A DNA stretch of 64,000 bases from a bacterium. GTDB taxonomy: Bacteria > Patescibacteriota > Patescibacteriia > Patescibacteriales > UBA12465. The DNA lies in assembly GCA_035414245.1 (NCBI GenBank), contig DAONYH010000001.1, positions 41,501 through 105,500 on the forward strand. The letters are read 5' to 3'. Positions 28,139-38,122 of this stretch are shown piece by piece (the stretch's first letter is position 1; each line of letters starts with the position of its first letter). The position numbers and the translations under genes are program-made. The notes under the pieces are model-generated. The model ran no database searches. It was not told the DNA's origin and worked only from the letters and a program-made list of their open reading frames with translations.

Positions 28139-28987
28139 TTACTGAACAGCGGCTGATTTTATTCTTTCTAGTGAAGCTTGAAAATTTCCCAAATTTTTTT
28201 CTAAACGTTGATCTAAATTAGTTTCTTTACTTAATTCAGCCAATTGTTCTTGCAGTGAAGAACTTAAATTAGAAAAAATCTTATTAAGCACTTCCTCTTC
28301 CTGACTACTTGGTTGATTGTTAGTTAAAGCCGGCAAAAGTTCATTTAGATCATCTTTAGTTAAAGCTAAATAAAAGGCAGGTAAATAACTACGGGAAGCT
28401 CGCTCTAATTCACCTTGTTTATTAAACACTGCTCCATATTTTATTCTCGCTCCGCCAGCTAACATTTTTCTTTTTAACTTCTCTTCTTTTTTAGGCGCTC
28501 GTCCATCTTTAAAATGAGTTACTACTTCGTCAAAACCACAAATAATGGCGCCACTTTTTTTATCAATCACCACTTGATCCACTCCATTATTATAATCATC
28601 ATAAGCAGACGCGCGGGCGACAATAAAATCTTTCTTTAAATATTTATGCAATAAAATTGTTAGTGCCATTTCCATTAAATTGGAAGGCTGATTTTCTTTT
28701 TCCTTTTGCCATTCTTCCTTTGTTTTTCTAATTCCTAAAGCAAAGGCTTCTTCTTGTGATTCAACCAAGGTAGCATCACTACTGGCTTCACGACCGACCA
28801 TTTTAATTTGCCCATCAGTATTTAAAAAATCGGGAAATTCATGATTTATTTCTTGCGCTTGTTCAGCTAAACCATTTTTTAAAGCACCCAAATAAGATTC
28901 TAAAGGTTTCTTTTTTTCTTTTTTTCGATTATCAAAAGCGCTTAAATCAATTTTATTTCCTGGAAAGGGGATGTATTCAATAGACAT
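28139..28987 (-). CDS. hypothetical protein
   Basis: This 282-aa ORF is tightly packed between the Gmad2-like gene and cysS. I recognise no family. A possible D...DxK motif is noted in findings. Confidence 0.5.
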   Translation of the reverse strand: MSIEYIPFPGNKIDLSAFDNRKKEKKKPLESYLGALKNGLAEQAQEINHEFPDFLNTDGQIKMVGREASSDATLVESQEEAFALGIRKTKEEWQKEKENQPSNLMEMALTILLHKYLKKDFIVARASAYDDYNNGVDQVVIDKKSGAIICGFDEVVTHFKDGRAPKKEEKLKRKMLAGGARIKYGAVFNKQGELERASRSYLPAFYLALTKDDLNELLPALTNNQPSSQEEEVLNKIFSNLSSSLQEQLAELSKETNLDQRLEKNLGNFQASLERIKSAAVQ

Positions 28988-28992
28988 AAATT

Positions 28993-29553
28993 TTATTTAA
29001 ATCTAACTGAGAATGTATAGGACGCGTCATGTTCAGGAAGTCCAGAGGGGTTATCTTTAGTAATTTCTAGATAACCGCGTTCAGCCTCAGTTTGAAAAAC
29101 TAAAGTTGATTTAAAGGGCACAAAATCTTCCGTCATCCAATCACCTTGTGCTTCGCCATAATGTGAAACTAATAATTCATCATCAGCGGTATAAAGTTTA
29201 ATTGGCAAACTAGCTTCAAAAAACCAAAAACCACGCGCTTCCCCTTCAATAATCAAGGGCGAAGTTACTGTCTCATCAGCGATTGGTTTAAATAAAACTA
29301 CTTCCGGCTCGGAGATAATATTAGCGATTAAATCATTTTCGGGAAAAACTGGTGGTGTAATCAGATCTTCTTGATTTAAATTCTCTGCTTCAATTACTTC
29401 ATTGTCTAAATTTTCTTGATTAACAGTTTCGGTAACAACCGGTGTTGGTTCATTAGATTTCCTAATATTTTTAAATAGTTGGTCAAAACGGAGAAAAATT
29501 GCCACAACCAAAATTAAAGCAACAACTAATAATAAAAATTGTTCTTTTTTCAT
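28993..29553 (-). CDS. membrane-anchored Gmad2-like immunoglobulin-fold protein
   Basis: An N-terminal TM helix is followed by the C-terminal SPLIIEGEARGFWFFEASLPIKL, which resembles the Gmad2 Ig-like domain. Confidence 0.55.
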   Translation of the reverse strand: MKKEQFLLLVVALILVVAIFLRFDQLFKNIRKSNEPTPVVTETVNQENLDNEVIEAENLNQEDLITPPVFPENDLIANIISEPEVVLFKPIADETVTSPLIIEGEARGFWFFEASLPIKLYTADDELLVSHYGEAQGDWMTEDFVPFKSTLVFQTEAERGYLEITKDNPSGLPEHDASYTFSVRFK

Positions 29554-29692
29554 ATTTTTACTAAGCCGACTTTTTCTGGTATTTTTGCTTTTTTTAGCTT
29601 TTTACCCGAAAAATTGGCGATTAAGCTTTACGCTAAAATTAATGATTAAGCTTGATACTTATATTTTACCACTTATATTTTACCATAATTTA

Positions 29693-29730
29693 CGATAAAA
29701 AATAAAAGCCTGTCTTTTTTTGACAGGCTT
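29693..29730 (-). terminator. terminator after the 151-aa gene
   Basis: The stem AAGCCTGTC / GACAGGCTT is followed by a T-run. Confidence 0.6.
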
Positions 29731-29778
29731 AATGCTCTTTTTTGTGTTTTTTTTAATTACAAATAGTGGCGTGATTTG

Positions 29779-29820
29779 TTAACATAGTACCTCTTTTCAT
29801 TAACACAGTACCTCTCTAAG
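29779..29820. repeat. 21-nt tandem duplication spanning the stop of the 151-aa gene
   Basis: ttaacatagtacctcttttca and ttaacacagtacctctctaag match at 16/21 positions. Confidence 0.75.
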
Positions 29821-30255
29821 ATGGCCTGCAGGGTAAGCAGTTTTAAAAATCTGCGTTAAAACTTTTTTTTCACGGCCACGTAGGCAACCCAGGAGCATAA
29901 AAAAACGAGAAATGTCAGCTAATTTGCCGGGGGTTGATTCTAAAAGAATGGTTTGGCAGTTCTTGCTTGAGCAACAAACTAATTTTTTTTCTAAACCATT
30001 AGATTCCGGGACTAGAAACATTTTCACTTTTTTTTCCTTACAAATTGGACAGGTTTGACTAGTATCAATACTCTTGAGTTCATCCATCAAATCTTCCATC
30101 GCCAAAATAAAGCCATTGTGTTTACGCTGATTACGATCAAGTAAAGCGCGATTATAATAATGCGCTAAAAATACTGGATCAAGAAGTAGGACTTCTTTTA
30201 AATTTCGGCCCTTGTATCGGCCACTAGTGAATACATGATTTTCGTAGTTTTCCAT
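29800..30255 (-). CDS. hypothetical zinc-ribbon protein
   Basis: A strong SD (GGAGGTATAAAAATG) precedes it. CPICKEKK...CCSSKNC is a Cys cluster. The N-terminal FTSGRYKGRNLKEVLLLDPVFL is DUF3820-like. Confidence 0.55.
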   Translation of the reverse strand: MENYENHVFTSGRYKGRNLKEVLLLDPVFLAHYYNRALLDRNQRKHNGFILAMEDLMDELKSIDTSQTCPICKEKKVKMFLVPESNGLEKKLVCCSSKNCQTILLESTPGKLADISRFFMLLGCLRGREKKVLTQIFKTAYPAGHLREVLC

Positions 30256-30451
30256 TTTTATACCTCCATTTTTTAAAAATTATTTTAAAGTACTTTGGAA
30301 ATCTAATCACATTTTTTTATAAAAGTCAAGAGTGACCTTATTAAGCTAGAGAGCGGACTTATTGGACCAAAGGTAACTCTATTAAAATCAATAACGATTT
30401 ACCTAAAATAATGGTATAATTTAAATAATCATATTTAATAATTGTGATATT

Positions 30452-31075
30452 ATGCTTGACCTTAAAACTGAGCAAAAATTATTTTCTTTGGGCTATAAAC
30501 AGGTCGCTGGAATAGACGAAGCTGGTCGTGGCCCGCTGGCTGGACCGGTTGTAGCAGCCTGTGTAATAATCGGTCCGGATTTTAAAATTGAACCGGGTGA
30601 TTTAGAATTAGTGGCTGATTCAAAAAAATTAAGCGCCAAAAAAAGAGAAAAAATCTTTAAAGCCATCAAAGAAAAAGCTTTGGCTGTGGAAATCGGAGTG
30701 GTTGATAATGAAATAATTGATAAAATTAATATCTTGCAAGCTAGTTTTTTGGCGATGCGTCGGGCTCTAAAAAAAATCAAGCTGCAGCCTGATTATATTT
30801 TAACGGATGGCAAATTTAGAATCCCTAAAATTTCAACCGCACAAAGCGCTATCACAAAAGGCGACAGCTCTGTTTGGGTGATTGCTGCCGCCTCTATAAT
30901 TGCTAAAGTGAGTCGTGATTGGATTATGAATAATTTAGATAATGACTATCCGAACTGTAACTTTGCCAAACATAAGGGCTATGGAACAAGCGAACATTTA
31001 AAAAATATTGCTCAATTTGGTCCCTGCCCTATTCATCGTCTATCTTTCGCTCCTCTTAAAAATTCAAAACCTTAG
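30452..31075 (+). CDS. rnhB: ribonuclease HII
   Basis: GIDEAGRGPLAGPVV, DSKKLS and IIAKVSRD. Confidence 0.9.
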   Translation: MLDLKTEQKLFSLGYKQVAGIDEAGRGPLAGPVVAACVIIGPDFKIEPGDLELVADSKKLSAKKREKIFKAIKEKALAVEIGVVDNEIIDKINILQASFLAMRRALKKIKLQPDYILTDGKFRIPKISTAQSAITKGDSSVWVIAAASIIAKVSRDWIMNNLDNDYPNCNFAKHKGYGTSEHLKNIAQFGPCPIHRLSFAPLKNSKP

Positions 31076-31126
31076 CCGGGAAAGCGCAAAATCTAAATTT
31101 TATTTATATTAAAAATAAGCTTAAAT

Positions 31127-31318
31127 TTAATCAAGACCTAAACCTGTTTTAGCTTTCCAAGTTAAATCAAATAAAGTGTAGAAAAACAGACTGGCGATAA
31201 TTAAACCAGCGATAAAACCGGACAAAGATGAAGCGATTATTTTTCCTAGACCCCATTTGTATTCTTTCTTCTCTTCGGAAACGAATTCAGAAATGAATTC
31301 TTTTTTTATTTTTTCCAT
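31127..31318 (-). CDS. small single-TM protein
   Basis: This 63-aa ORF has a hydrophobic helix, IIASSLSGFIAGLIIASLFFY. Confidence 0.4.
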   Translation of the reverse strand: MEKIKKEFISEFVSEEKKEYKWGLGKIIASSLSGFIAGLIIASLFFYTLFDLTWKAKTGLGLD

Positions 31319-31350
31319 AATTTTTGAAATTATTAATTATATTTGTAATT

Positions 31351-32640
31351 TTAAAATTTTTCTTCTTTTTCCTGACCGGTGTTTAAATTCTTGATTTTAA
31401 TAATTTTTTTATCAGCCTCATCTTGATTAAAAATAATAATATTTTTAATCTTTTTTTTATCGGCTAGCTCTATAGCGCGAGTAATTTTCTGCTCTTCAAG
31501 TCCGGCTAACAAATTAAATCCTCTACTCCTTAATTTTTTAGCCAATAAAGCCGTCTCCTGACTCAACTTTTTATTTAAAAGAGGTAAATAATATTCAGGC
31601 GCATAATCCTCTTTTATTTTATCAAGTAAATTCCAACTAATTAAAAATAATTTAGTGGTTTCATCTCCCGGCGCAAAACCAACCGCCGGAAAATTTTTCT
31701 CACCAAATATTTCCGCTAAACTATTGTAGCGACCACCACCAAATATGGCGCGATTATTATCTGGGTGGCGATCAAAAACCTCAAACACTAAACCATCATA
31801 ATAATCAAAACCTCTGATAACGGTGGGGTTAAACTCAATATAATCATTATACCCTAAAATAGATAAATTTTTAATAGCAGTGACGATTTCAGTAAAACCG
31901 GGGTTATTTTTCAAATCTGGAAGCTGAACAGCCAGTTCTTCAAGACTGCGACTTTTCATAAAAGATTCTAGGATTAAAATCGCTTCTTTTTTTAAGCCAG
32001 CCGCTTTTAAACGCTCTTTTAGGGCTGGGGTTGATAGTTTTTGCCACTTATCTAAAGTTCTAACCACTAATTTTTTATTTTCCGCACTCAAACGGGTCGC
32101 ACCGCTTAACTCCAAAATTCCATCAATCAAACGACGATTATTTATGGCTAAAACAAATGAATCAGTCGGGGCATCAAATTCCAACATTAAATCAAGAGCT
32201 AACTGCATAAGCTCAATATCAGCTGTTATATTATCGCTCCCAAAAATATCACAATTAAGTTGCCAAAATTCCCGATTACGTCCTCGTTGCGGTTTCTCGT
32301 TACGCATAAAATTGGCAATCGAAAAAAGTTTGATTGGTTTAGGACTAGAGGTATAAATCTTGGTCACCATTCTGGTCACGGAAGGTGTCATTTCCGGCCT
32401 GATTGACAAGTCTCGACCGCCTAAGTCCTGAAAACAAATCAATTCTTTGCCACCAATATCTTCTCCTGATTTAGCACGATAAATATCAGAATTCTCAAGC
32501 AAGGGCGTTAAATACTCTTCAAAACCATAGCGCCGACAAACCCGACGCCAAGTATCAAAGATATATTTTCTTATACAAAATTCTTCTGGCAACCAATCAG
32601 TGGTTCCCTTTGGTTCTTGCTTCGAAATAGGATTTTTCAT
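31351..32640 (-). CDS. hisS: histidine--tRNA ligase
   Basis: PKGTTDWLPEE, FRNEKPQRGRNREFWQ, GGGRYN and the anticodon-binding C-terminus. The ATG is at 32640; the track start at 32667 is TTG. Confidence 0.9.
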   Translation of the reverse strand: MKNPISKQEPKGTTDWLPEEFCIRKYIFDTWRRVCRRYGFEEYLTPLLENSDIYRAKSGEDIGGKELICFQDLGGRDLSIRPEMTPSVTRMVTKIYTSSPKPIKLFSIANFMRNEKPQRGRNREFWQLNCDIFGSDNITADIELMQLALDLMLEFDAPTDSFVLAINNRRLIDGILELSGATRLSAENKKLVVRTLDKWQKLSTPALKERLKAAGLKKEAILILESFMKSRSLEELAVQLPDLKNNPGFTEIVTAIKNLSILGYNDYIEFNPTVIRGFDYYDGLVFEVFDRHPDNNRAIFGGGRYNSLAEIFGEKNFPAVGFAPGDETTKLFLISWNLLDKIKEDYAPEYYLPLLNKKLSQETALLAKKLRSRGFNLLAGLEEQKITRAIELADKKKIKNIIIFNQDEADKKIIKIKNLNTGQEKEEKF

Positions 32641-32843
32641 AAAAAAACTTAATTCTCTTATTGGCAATCTAACTTCCTATATTTTACCTTTTTATGGCTT
32701 TTTCTGCAACTAAAATTAAATAAAAGTCCTATTTTTTAATTTCAAAGCCTTGTTTTTAATTTATTTATTAATAATTTATCGGTTAATTTTCGTTCAGGAA
32801 CATTTTTATAAACTTAAAGTATAATAAAATAAACTAATAATCT

Positions 32844-33524
32844 ATGAAAATTTTAATTATTGACGATGATGCAAGCATTGTCGAATTAATTAAAAAAGGC
32901 CTAGCGGCTGAATCATTTTTAGTGGAATCGGCCGCTGATGGCGAACGTGGGTCATTTATGGCTCGCACTGGTGCCTACTGTCTGATTATTTTAGACAATT
33001 GCTTGCCAAAACTAAGCGGTACTGAAGTCTTAAAAGAAATTCGGGAGGAAAAAATCTATACTCCCATTATTATGTTAACAATTAAATCAGAAATGGAAGA
33101 TAAAGAAATCGCTTTTAACCTCGGAGCCGATGATTATTTAACTAAACCTTTTTTAATTGAGGAATTGCTGATTCGCATTAAAGCGCTTTTAAGAAGACCA
33201 GCCAAAATCAAAACTCCCAATTTACGTCTAGGTGATTTAGTCCTAAATACGCAAAGCGGTATTTTTAAACGCCAGGGTAAAGAAATATATTTAACTAAAC
33301 GAGAATTTTGTTTATTGCAATATTTTTTCAAAAGAAAAGGCGAGATTATTTCGCGCGGAGAAATTTTAGAAAATGTTTGGGATTATAATTCTGATCCTCT
33401 CTCAAATTCCATTGAAACCCATATCGCTAGTTTGCGCCGAAAAATTAATTTTGGTTCGCTTCCGGACTTAATTCATACCTTCCCTGGTCGCGGTTATAAA
33501 TTAGCGCTCAAAAAAACCACCTAA
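32844..33524 (+). CDS. OmpR-family response regulator
   Basis: The receiver domain has DDD...ILDNCLP...TKPF. The winged-helix output domain has REFCLLQYF...RGYKL. No histidine kinase lies in the window. Confidence 0.9.
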   Translation: MKILIIDDDASIVELIKKGLAAESFLVESAADGERGSFMARTGAYCLIILDNCLPKLSGTEVLKEIREEKIYTPIIMLTIKSEMEDKEIAFNLGADDYLTKPFLIEELLIRIKALLRRPAKIKTPNLRLGDLVLNTQSGIFKRQGKEIYLTKREFCLLQYFFKRKGEIISRGEILENVWDYNSDPLSNSIETHIASLRRKINFGSLPDLIHTFPGRGYKLALKKTT

Positions 33525-33540
33525 AACGGTGGTTTAAAAT
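33514..33540 (+). terminator. terminator overlapping the response-regulator stop
   Basis: The stem AAACCACC / GGTGGTTT has the loop TAAAAC, which contains the stop codon. Confidence 0.5.
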
Positions 33541-33590
33541 AATAGTTTGGACGATATCTTAGGTTACGGTTACAATAAAAAAGCAAAAAA

Positions 33591-34769
33591 TTACTTGAAG
33601 AAAAATTTTTTATTTTTAATTTTATCAGGCAAATAGCTTTGGTCTGAATCATCTTCTAGAGGGGTGTATTTATAATCCTTGGCGTAGCCCAAATCTTTCA
33701 TTAATTTAGTCGGGGCATTTCTTAAATGAAGCGGGACTGGTAAATTACCACTGGTTTCTACTTCTTGGCAAACATTATTATAGGCCTGATAGGCGGCAAT
33801 ACTTTTAGGCGACTTGGCTAAATAAATAGCACCATGGGCCAAATTGACCGCACACTCAGGTAAACCGGTTTTTTGACAGGCCTCATAAACAGAAATAGTC
33901 AGCATCAAGGCACTATTATTAGCTAGGCCAATATCTTCCGAAGCAAATCTAATCATTCGGCGCGCAATATACAAAGGGTCTTCACCGGCTTCAAGCATGC
34001 GCGCTAAATAATAAATAGCAGCATCAGCGTTTCCACCGCGCATTGATTTATGAAAAGCGGAAATTAAATTATAATGCTCTTCCCCGGATTTATCATACAA
34101 AAGTCCGGGTTTATTAATAATATCTTTTATTAACTCTAAAGTAATTTCTCCTTGATGTTCAATCGCGCTTTCTAAAATACTAAGTCCGCGCCGCGCATCA
34201 CCATTAGCCAAGCGGGCAATTAAACTAATAATCTCTTTCTTTAATTTAAGATTTAATTTTTTAGTCGCTAATTTAATTATCTTTTCCAAATCTGATTCGG
34301 ACAAAGCTTCTAAAACCACCACTTTCAAGCGTGACAACAAAGCTCCATTAACCGCGAAACTAGGATTTTCCGTTGTTGCGCCGATTAAAGTAATCACGCC
34401 GTTTTCCACTTGCGGCAACAACGCATCTTGTTGACTTTTATTCCAACGATGAATTTCATCAATAAATAAAATCGTTTTTTGTCCCAAACGTTTATTTTCC
34501 TTAGCTCGCTCAACAATTATTTTTAAATCTTTTACACCACTGGAAGTCGCGCTTAACTCAACAAACTCGGCCTTAGTTTCTTTGGCAATTATAAAAGCCA
34601 AAGTGGTTTTGCCACTGCCGGGCGGTCCCCAAAAAATTAATGACGGTACTCGATCGGCTTTAATGGCTTGATAAAGCCAACTATTCTCATTAATAATTTT
34701 TTCTTGACCGCAGAACTCAGTTAAATCTTTGGGCCGAAAATAGGCCGCTAAAGGCATGTCGTTTATCAT
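33591..34769 (-). CDS. rarA: replication-associated recombination protein A (AAA+)
   Basis: GPPGSGKTTLA, FIDEIHRWNK and the MgsA C-terminal HYNLISAFHKSMRG. Confidence 0.9.
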   Translation of the reverse strand: MINDMPLAAYFRPKDLTEFCGQEKIINENSWLYQAIKADRVPSLIFWGPPGSGKTTLAFIIAKETKAEFVELSATSSGVKDLKIIVERAKENKRLGQKTILFIDEIHRWNKSQQDALLPQVENGVITLIGATTENPSFAVNGALLSRLKVVVLEALSESDLEKIIKLATKKLNLKLKKEIISLIARLANGDARRGLSILESAIEHQGEITLELIKDIINKPGLLYDKSGEEHYNLISAFHKSMRGGNADAAIYYLARMLEAGEDPLYIARRMIRFASEDIGLANNSALMLTISVYEACQKTGLPECAVNLAHGAIYLAKSPKSIAAYQAYNNVCQEVETSGNLPVPLHLRNAPTKLMKDLGYAKDYKYTPLEDDSDQSYLPDKIKNKKFFFK

Positions 34770-34786
34770 ATAAAAATATTATCCAA

Positions 34787-36025
34787 TTACTGCTCAACCC
34801 GCAAGGCAGTAATCGGATCAAGCTTGGCTGCTTGCTTGGCTGGTCGAAGACCGAATAATAGGCCACAACCAATTGAAAATAATAGCGAAACCAAAACTCC
34901 TTGAGTGGGAAAAAAGAAACGCCAATGAATACCAATACGATTAGCTACCAAAGCTAAGCCATAGGAACCGATTAAACCAAATACGACTCCCAAAATCCAA
35001 CCCCAGAAAGTTATCATAACTGATTCAATTAAAAACTGCAAAATAATATCAATTTTGGTCGCGCCCAGCGCTTTTCTCAGACCAATCTCCGGTGTTCTTT
35101 CCGTTACCGTGACATACATAATATTCATAATCCCCACACCGCCTACAAGCAAGGAAATTAAAACAATGGCAAACAATAAAAAAGTAATGGCGTTAGTAAC
35201 GGTATTAAATATTTCAATTATCTCGTCCATAGTAGAAACACGAAAATCATCTTGAAGGGGATCGTTAATATCATGTCGCTCGCGCAGTACTTGTCTTATC
35301 TCTTCCGCCGTCTCATCGGCTCGACTTACATCGTTTAACTGACTGGTAAAATACATTATATAATCAATTCCCTGAATCTTCTTAATCAAAGTTGTAACCG
35401 GCATGTAAATAAAATCATTAAAATTCATAAATCCGTATGACCCTTGTTCTGTTAAAACACCAACGACTTTAAACTTTTTTGTACCAATTTTTACAAACTT
35501 ACCCAGAGCTGGCTGGTCGCCGAATAAATCAGCTTTAAGTTTATTTCCCAAAACCACTACTTGAGCTTGAGTTTTATCATCGCCTTCAGTATAAAAATTG
35601 CCTTCTTCCATGGTGGCTCTGCGAACAACATACTGGTAATCAGAACCAACACCATAAATAAAAACTCGCCTGCTTTGATTCTCATAAGTCACTCGTTGTT
35701 GTCCTAAAGAGGCAGCATAACTACGTTTAATATTATTTAAACGATTAACCGCTTCCATGTCTGATATTTTTAAAGTCGTAATTTCGGTCGCAACATTGTC
35801 TGAAGTAGGCACCTTAACTTCGGTTTGGATAAGATCACTGCCATAAGATTCAACTTCCCATAAAACTAATTGTCGCACTCCTGCGCCGGCGGAAAAAACA
35901 ATCACAATTGAGGTAACGCCAATCACCACACCTAAAATCGTCAAACTTGTTCTGAGTAAGTTTCGACGCAGAGAATTCCAAGCTAAACTTAAAGCGATTT
36001 TAATTTTTTTAAAATAATTATTCAT
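34787..36025 (-). CDS. ABC transporter permease, MacB/FtsX type
   Basis: It has an FtsX C-terminal 3-TM domain and a large extracytoplasmic loop. The ATG at 36025 overlaps the upstream stop by 8 nt. The track start at 36082 is an artefact of the shared PAKQAAKLDPI-coding repeat. Confidence 0.85.
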   Translation of the reverse strand: MNNYFKKIKIALSLAWNSLRRNLLRTSLTILGVVIGVTSIVIVFSAGAGVRQLVLWEVESYGSDLIQTEVKVPTSDNVATEITTLKISDMEAVNRLNNIKRSYAASLGQQRVTYENQSRRVFIYGVGSDYQYVVRRATMEEGNFYTEGDDKTQAQVVVLGNKLKADLFGDQPALGKFVKIGTKKFKVVGVLTEQGSYGFMNFNDFIYMPVTTLIKKIQGIDYIMYFTSQLNDVSRADETAEEIRQVLRERHDINDPLQDDFRVSTMDEIIEIFNTVTNAITFLLFAIVLISLLVGGVGIMNIMYVTVTERTPEIGLRKALGATKIDIILQFLIESVMITFWGWILGVVFGLIGSYGLALVANRIGIHWRFFFPTQGVLVSLLFSIGCGLLFGLRPAKQAAKLDPITALRVEQ

Positions 36026-37265
36026 AACGTAAAGCTTCAATCGGATCAAGCTTGGCTGCTTGCTTGGCTGGATAATAACCAAAAATTATTCCTATCAAAG
36101 TAGAAATACCCAAAGCTAAAATAATGGAAAAAAATGAAATCACAAAATCCCATTCATAACCTAAATATTTAATTACCAGAGAAACAAAAAAGGAAATAAA
36201 AGCACCGCCAATTAAACCGATGATACCACCAATTAAAGTTAAAAATACTGCTTCAAGTAAAAATTGAAATCTAACTTGACGACCAGTCGCGCCCAATGCT
36301 TTTCGTAAACCGATTTCCTTAGTTCTTTCTTTAACACTGACCAACATAATATTCATGATTCCGATTCCGCCCACCAAAAGTGAAAGCGCGGCCATGGCAG
36401 CTAAAAAGTATTTTAGAGCATTGGTAATCGCATTGATAGCATCCAAGGCATCGCGAAAACTTTGTATTGTAAAATCATCATCCTCGGGATTATCTATTCC
36501 ATGTTGCTCGCGCAAAGTCATTTTAATCATTTCCATAGTTTCATTAATATTATTTTCATTATCAACCTTAACTTTAATAGTATTTAAATAATTAACGCCC
36601 GCAATTTCTTTTTGGACAAATTTAAGCGGAGCAAAAATTGAATCATCCGGACTGGAAAAACCGGCTTGACCACGAAATTTAAAAACACCAATCACTAACA
36701 AGTTGCGATTTTTAATTCTGATATTTTGTCCAACCGGATTATAGCCGGGAAAAAGTTCCTCAGCCACATTACTACCAAGCACTACCAAACCACTGCTGGA
36801 ATTTATTTCTTCATTAGAGAAAAAACGTCCTGATTCTATTTCCGCTTTTTCCACTTCCAAGTAATCACCGCTAATTCCCTCTAATTTTGCGTCATAACTT
36901 AAATCGCGATTATAAGCACTGACATTAGTGTCATAAAAAGAAACAGCCGCGATAACATGTGGAGCATTATGCTTTTTTTTAATAGCTAAAGTATCGGCTT
37001 CTTTTAAAGAGGTGACTTTAATACCAAACACAAAAGCAGGTGGTCCTTTTTCATCAGATTGACCGGGTGTAATAGCAATCAAATCACTGCCAAAACTATC
37101 AACCTGACTTAAAATCAAATATTGCGCGCCTGCTCCTAGGGAGACAATCAAGACCACTGCGCTTACGCCGATAATAATTCCCAACATCGTTAAAAAACTC
37201 CGCGTCTTATTTCCTAAGAGGGAGCGAATAACTATCTTGGCGGTTTGGCGAAAATTATCAAGCAT
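36018..37265 (-). CDS. ABC transporter permease, MacB/FtsX type
   Basis: It is a paralogue of the downstream permease, with ERTKEIGLRKALGA and a PAKQAAKLDPIEALRYE terminus. Confidence 0.85.
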   Translation of the reverse strand: MLDNFRQTAKIVIRSLLGNKTRSFLTMLGIIIGVSAVVLIVSLGAGAQYLILSQVDSFGSDLIAITPGQSDEKGPPAFVFGIKVTSLKEADTLAIKKKHNAPHVIAAVSFYDTNVSAYNRDLSYDAKLEGISGDYLEVEKAEIESGRFFSNEEINSSSGLVVLGSNVAEELFPGYNPVGQNIRIKNRNLLVIGVFKFRGQAGFSSPDDSIFAPLKFVQKEIAGVNYLNTIKVKVDNENNINETMEMIKMTLREQHGIDNPEDDDFTIQSFRDALDAINAITNALKYFLAAMAALSLLVGGIGIMNIMLVSVKERTKEIGLRKALGATGRQVRFQFLLEAVFLTLIGGIIGLIGGAFISFFVSLVIKYLGYEWDFVISFFSIILALGISTLIGIIFGYYPAKQAAKLDPIEALRYE

Positions 37266-37352
37266 TAAAATATAAAAATTTAAATAAGTTGAGCTATTTA
37301 AATGATTTATCGCTGCAAGCGAAGTGTCTAAATCTATTTAAAGCAATTCTAT

Positions 37353-38075
37353 TTATTTAAGCAGTTCGCCGCTACTAGCAAAACGACGATTGACAACCTT
37401 TTCATCAGCCACTATCTCGCCATCAAGAATGCGAATTATACGTTCGGCGTGTTCAGCGGTAAATTTTTCATGCGTTACTAAAATAATGGAATTACCTTGT
37501 TTGTGCAGTTCTTGTAAAATTCCCATTACTTGGCTGCCAGATTTTGAATCAAGATTACCGGTTGGTTCATCAGCAAAAATTACCGAAGGATTATTAACTA
37601 GCGCCCGAGCAATGGCAACTCGTTGTTTTTCTCCACCGGAAATTTGATTGGTAAAATAATTAAGACGATGACCAAGACCAACACTTTCTAAAACAGCTTT
37701 GGCTCGTTTTTCCATATCCTGTTTTTTACTTGAATAAATTAAAGGTAACTTTACATTATCCAAAACTGAAGTGCGAGCTAATAAATTAAAAGCTTGAAAA
37801 ACAAAACCGATTTCCGCATTGCGCAAATGAGCTAATTGTTCATCATTAAAAGAAGAGACATCTTCGCCTTTAAAATAAAAATGACCGGAAGAGGGCCGGT
37901 CAAGCATACCTAAAATATGCATGAGAGTTGATTTACCTGAACCAGAAGGGCCCATGATGGAAATAAATTCTCCCTGCTTAATTGTGAAGTTTATATTTTT
38001 TAAAACAACAGTTTTAAGTTCGCCTGTTTCATAAAATTTACCTAAATTTTTTACTTCAATTAATATGTCTTGCAT
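37353..38075 (-). CDS. ABC transporter ATP-binding protein (MacB/LolD-like NBD)
   Basis: GPSGSGKST (Walker A), LSGGEKQRVAIARAL (signature) and IFADEPTGNLD (Walker B). Confidence 0.9.
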   Translation of the reverse strand: MQDILIEVKNLGKFYETGELKTVVLKNINFTIKQGEFISIMGPSGSGKSTLMHILGMLDRPSSGHFYFKGEDVSSFNDEQLAHLRNAEIGFVFQAFNLLARTSVLDNVKLPLIYSSKKQDMEKRAKAVLESVGLGHRLNYFTNQISGGEKQRVAIARALVNNPSVIFADEPTGNLDSKSGSQVMGILQELHKQGNSIILVTHEKFTAEHAERIIRILDGEIVADEKVVNRRFASSGELLK

Positions 38076-38082
38076 AAACAAT

Positions 38083-38122
38083 AATAATTAATTGCCTTAA
38101 TCAATAATTAATTATCTTAATC
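38083..38122. repeat. 20-nt tandem duplication spanning the adaptor-gene stop
   Basis: aataattaattgccttaatc and aataattaattatcttaatc match at 18/20 positions. Confidence 0.8.

Noticed and set aside
32844-33524. An orphan OmpR-type response regulator on the minority strand, as a possible novel signalling unit.
   Set aside because: The receiver and winged-helix domains look ordinary. Orphan regulators with kinases encoded elsewhere are common, so nothing in the sequence marks it as unusual.
34717-36082. ORF 34717..34935 and the 19-codon N-terminal extension of the permease ORF (MVIIQPSKQPSLIRL...) both contain the odd peptide QPSKQPSLIRL.
   Set aside because: Both come from reading the wrong frame of a 33-nt sequence (aatcggatcaagcttggctgcttgcttggctgg). 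That sequence is shared by the 3' ends of the two paralogous permease genes and encodes PAKQAAKLDPI. The real start of the second permease is the ATG at 36025.
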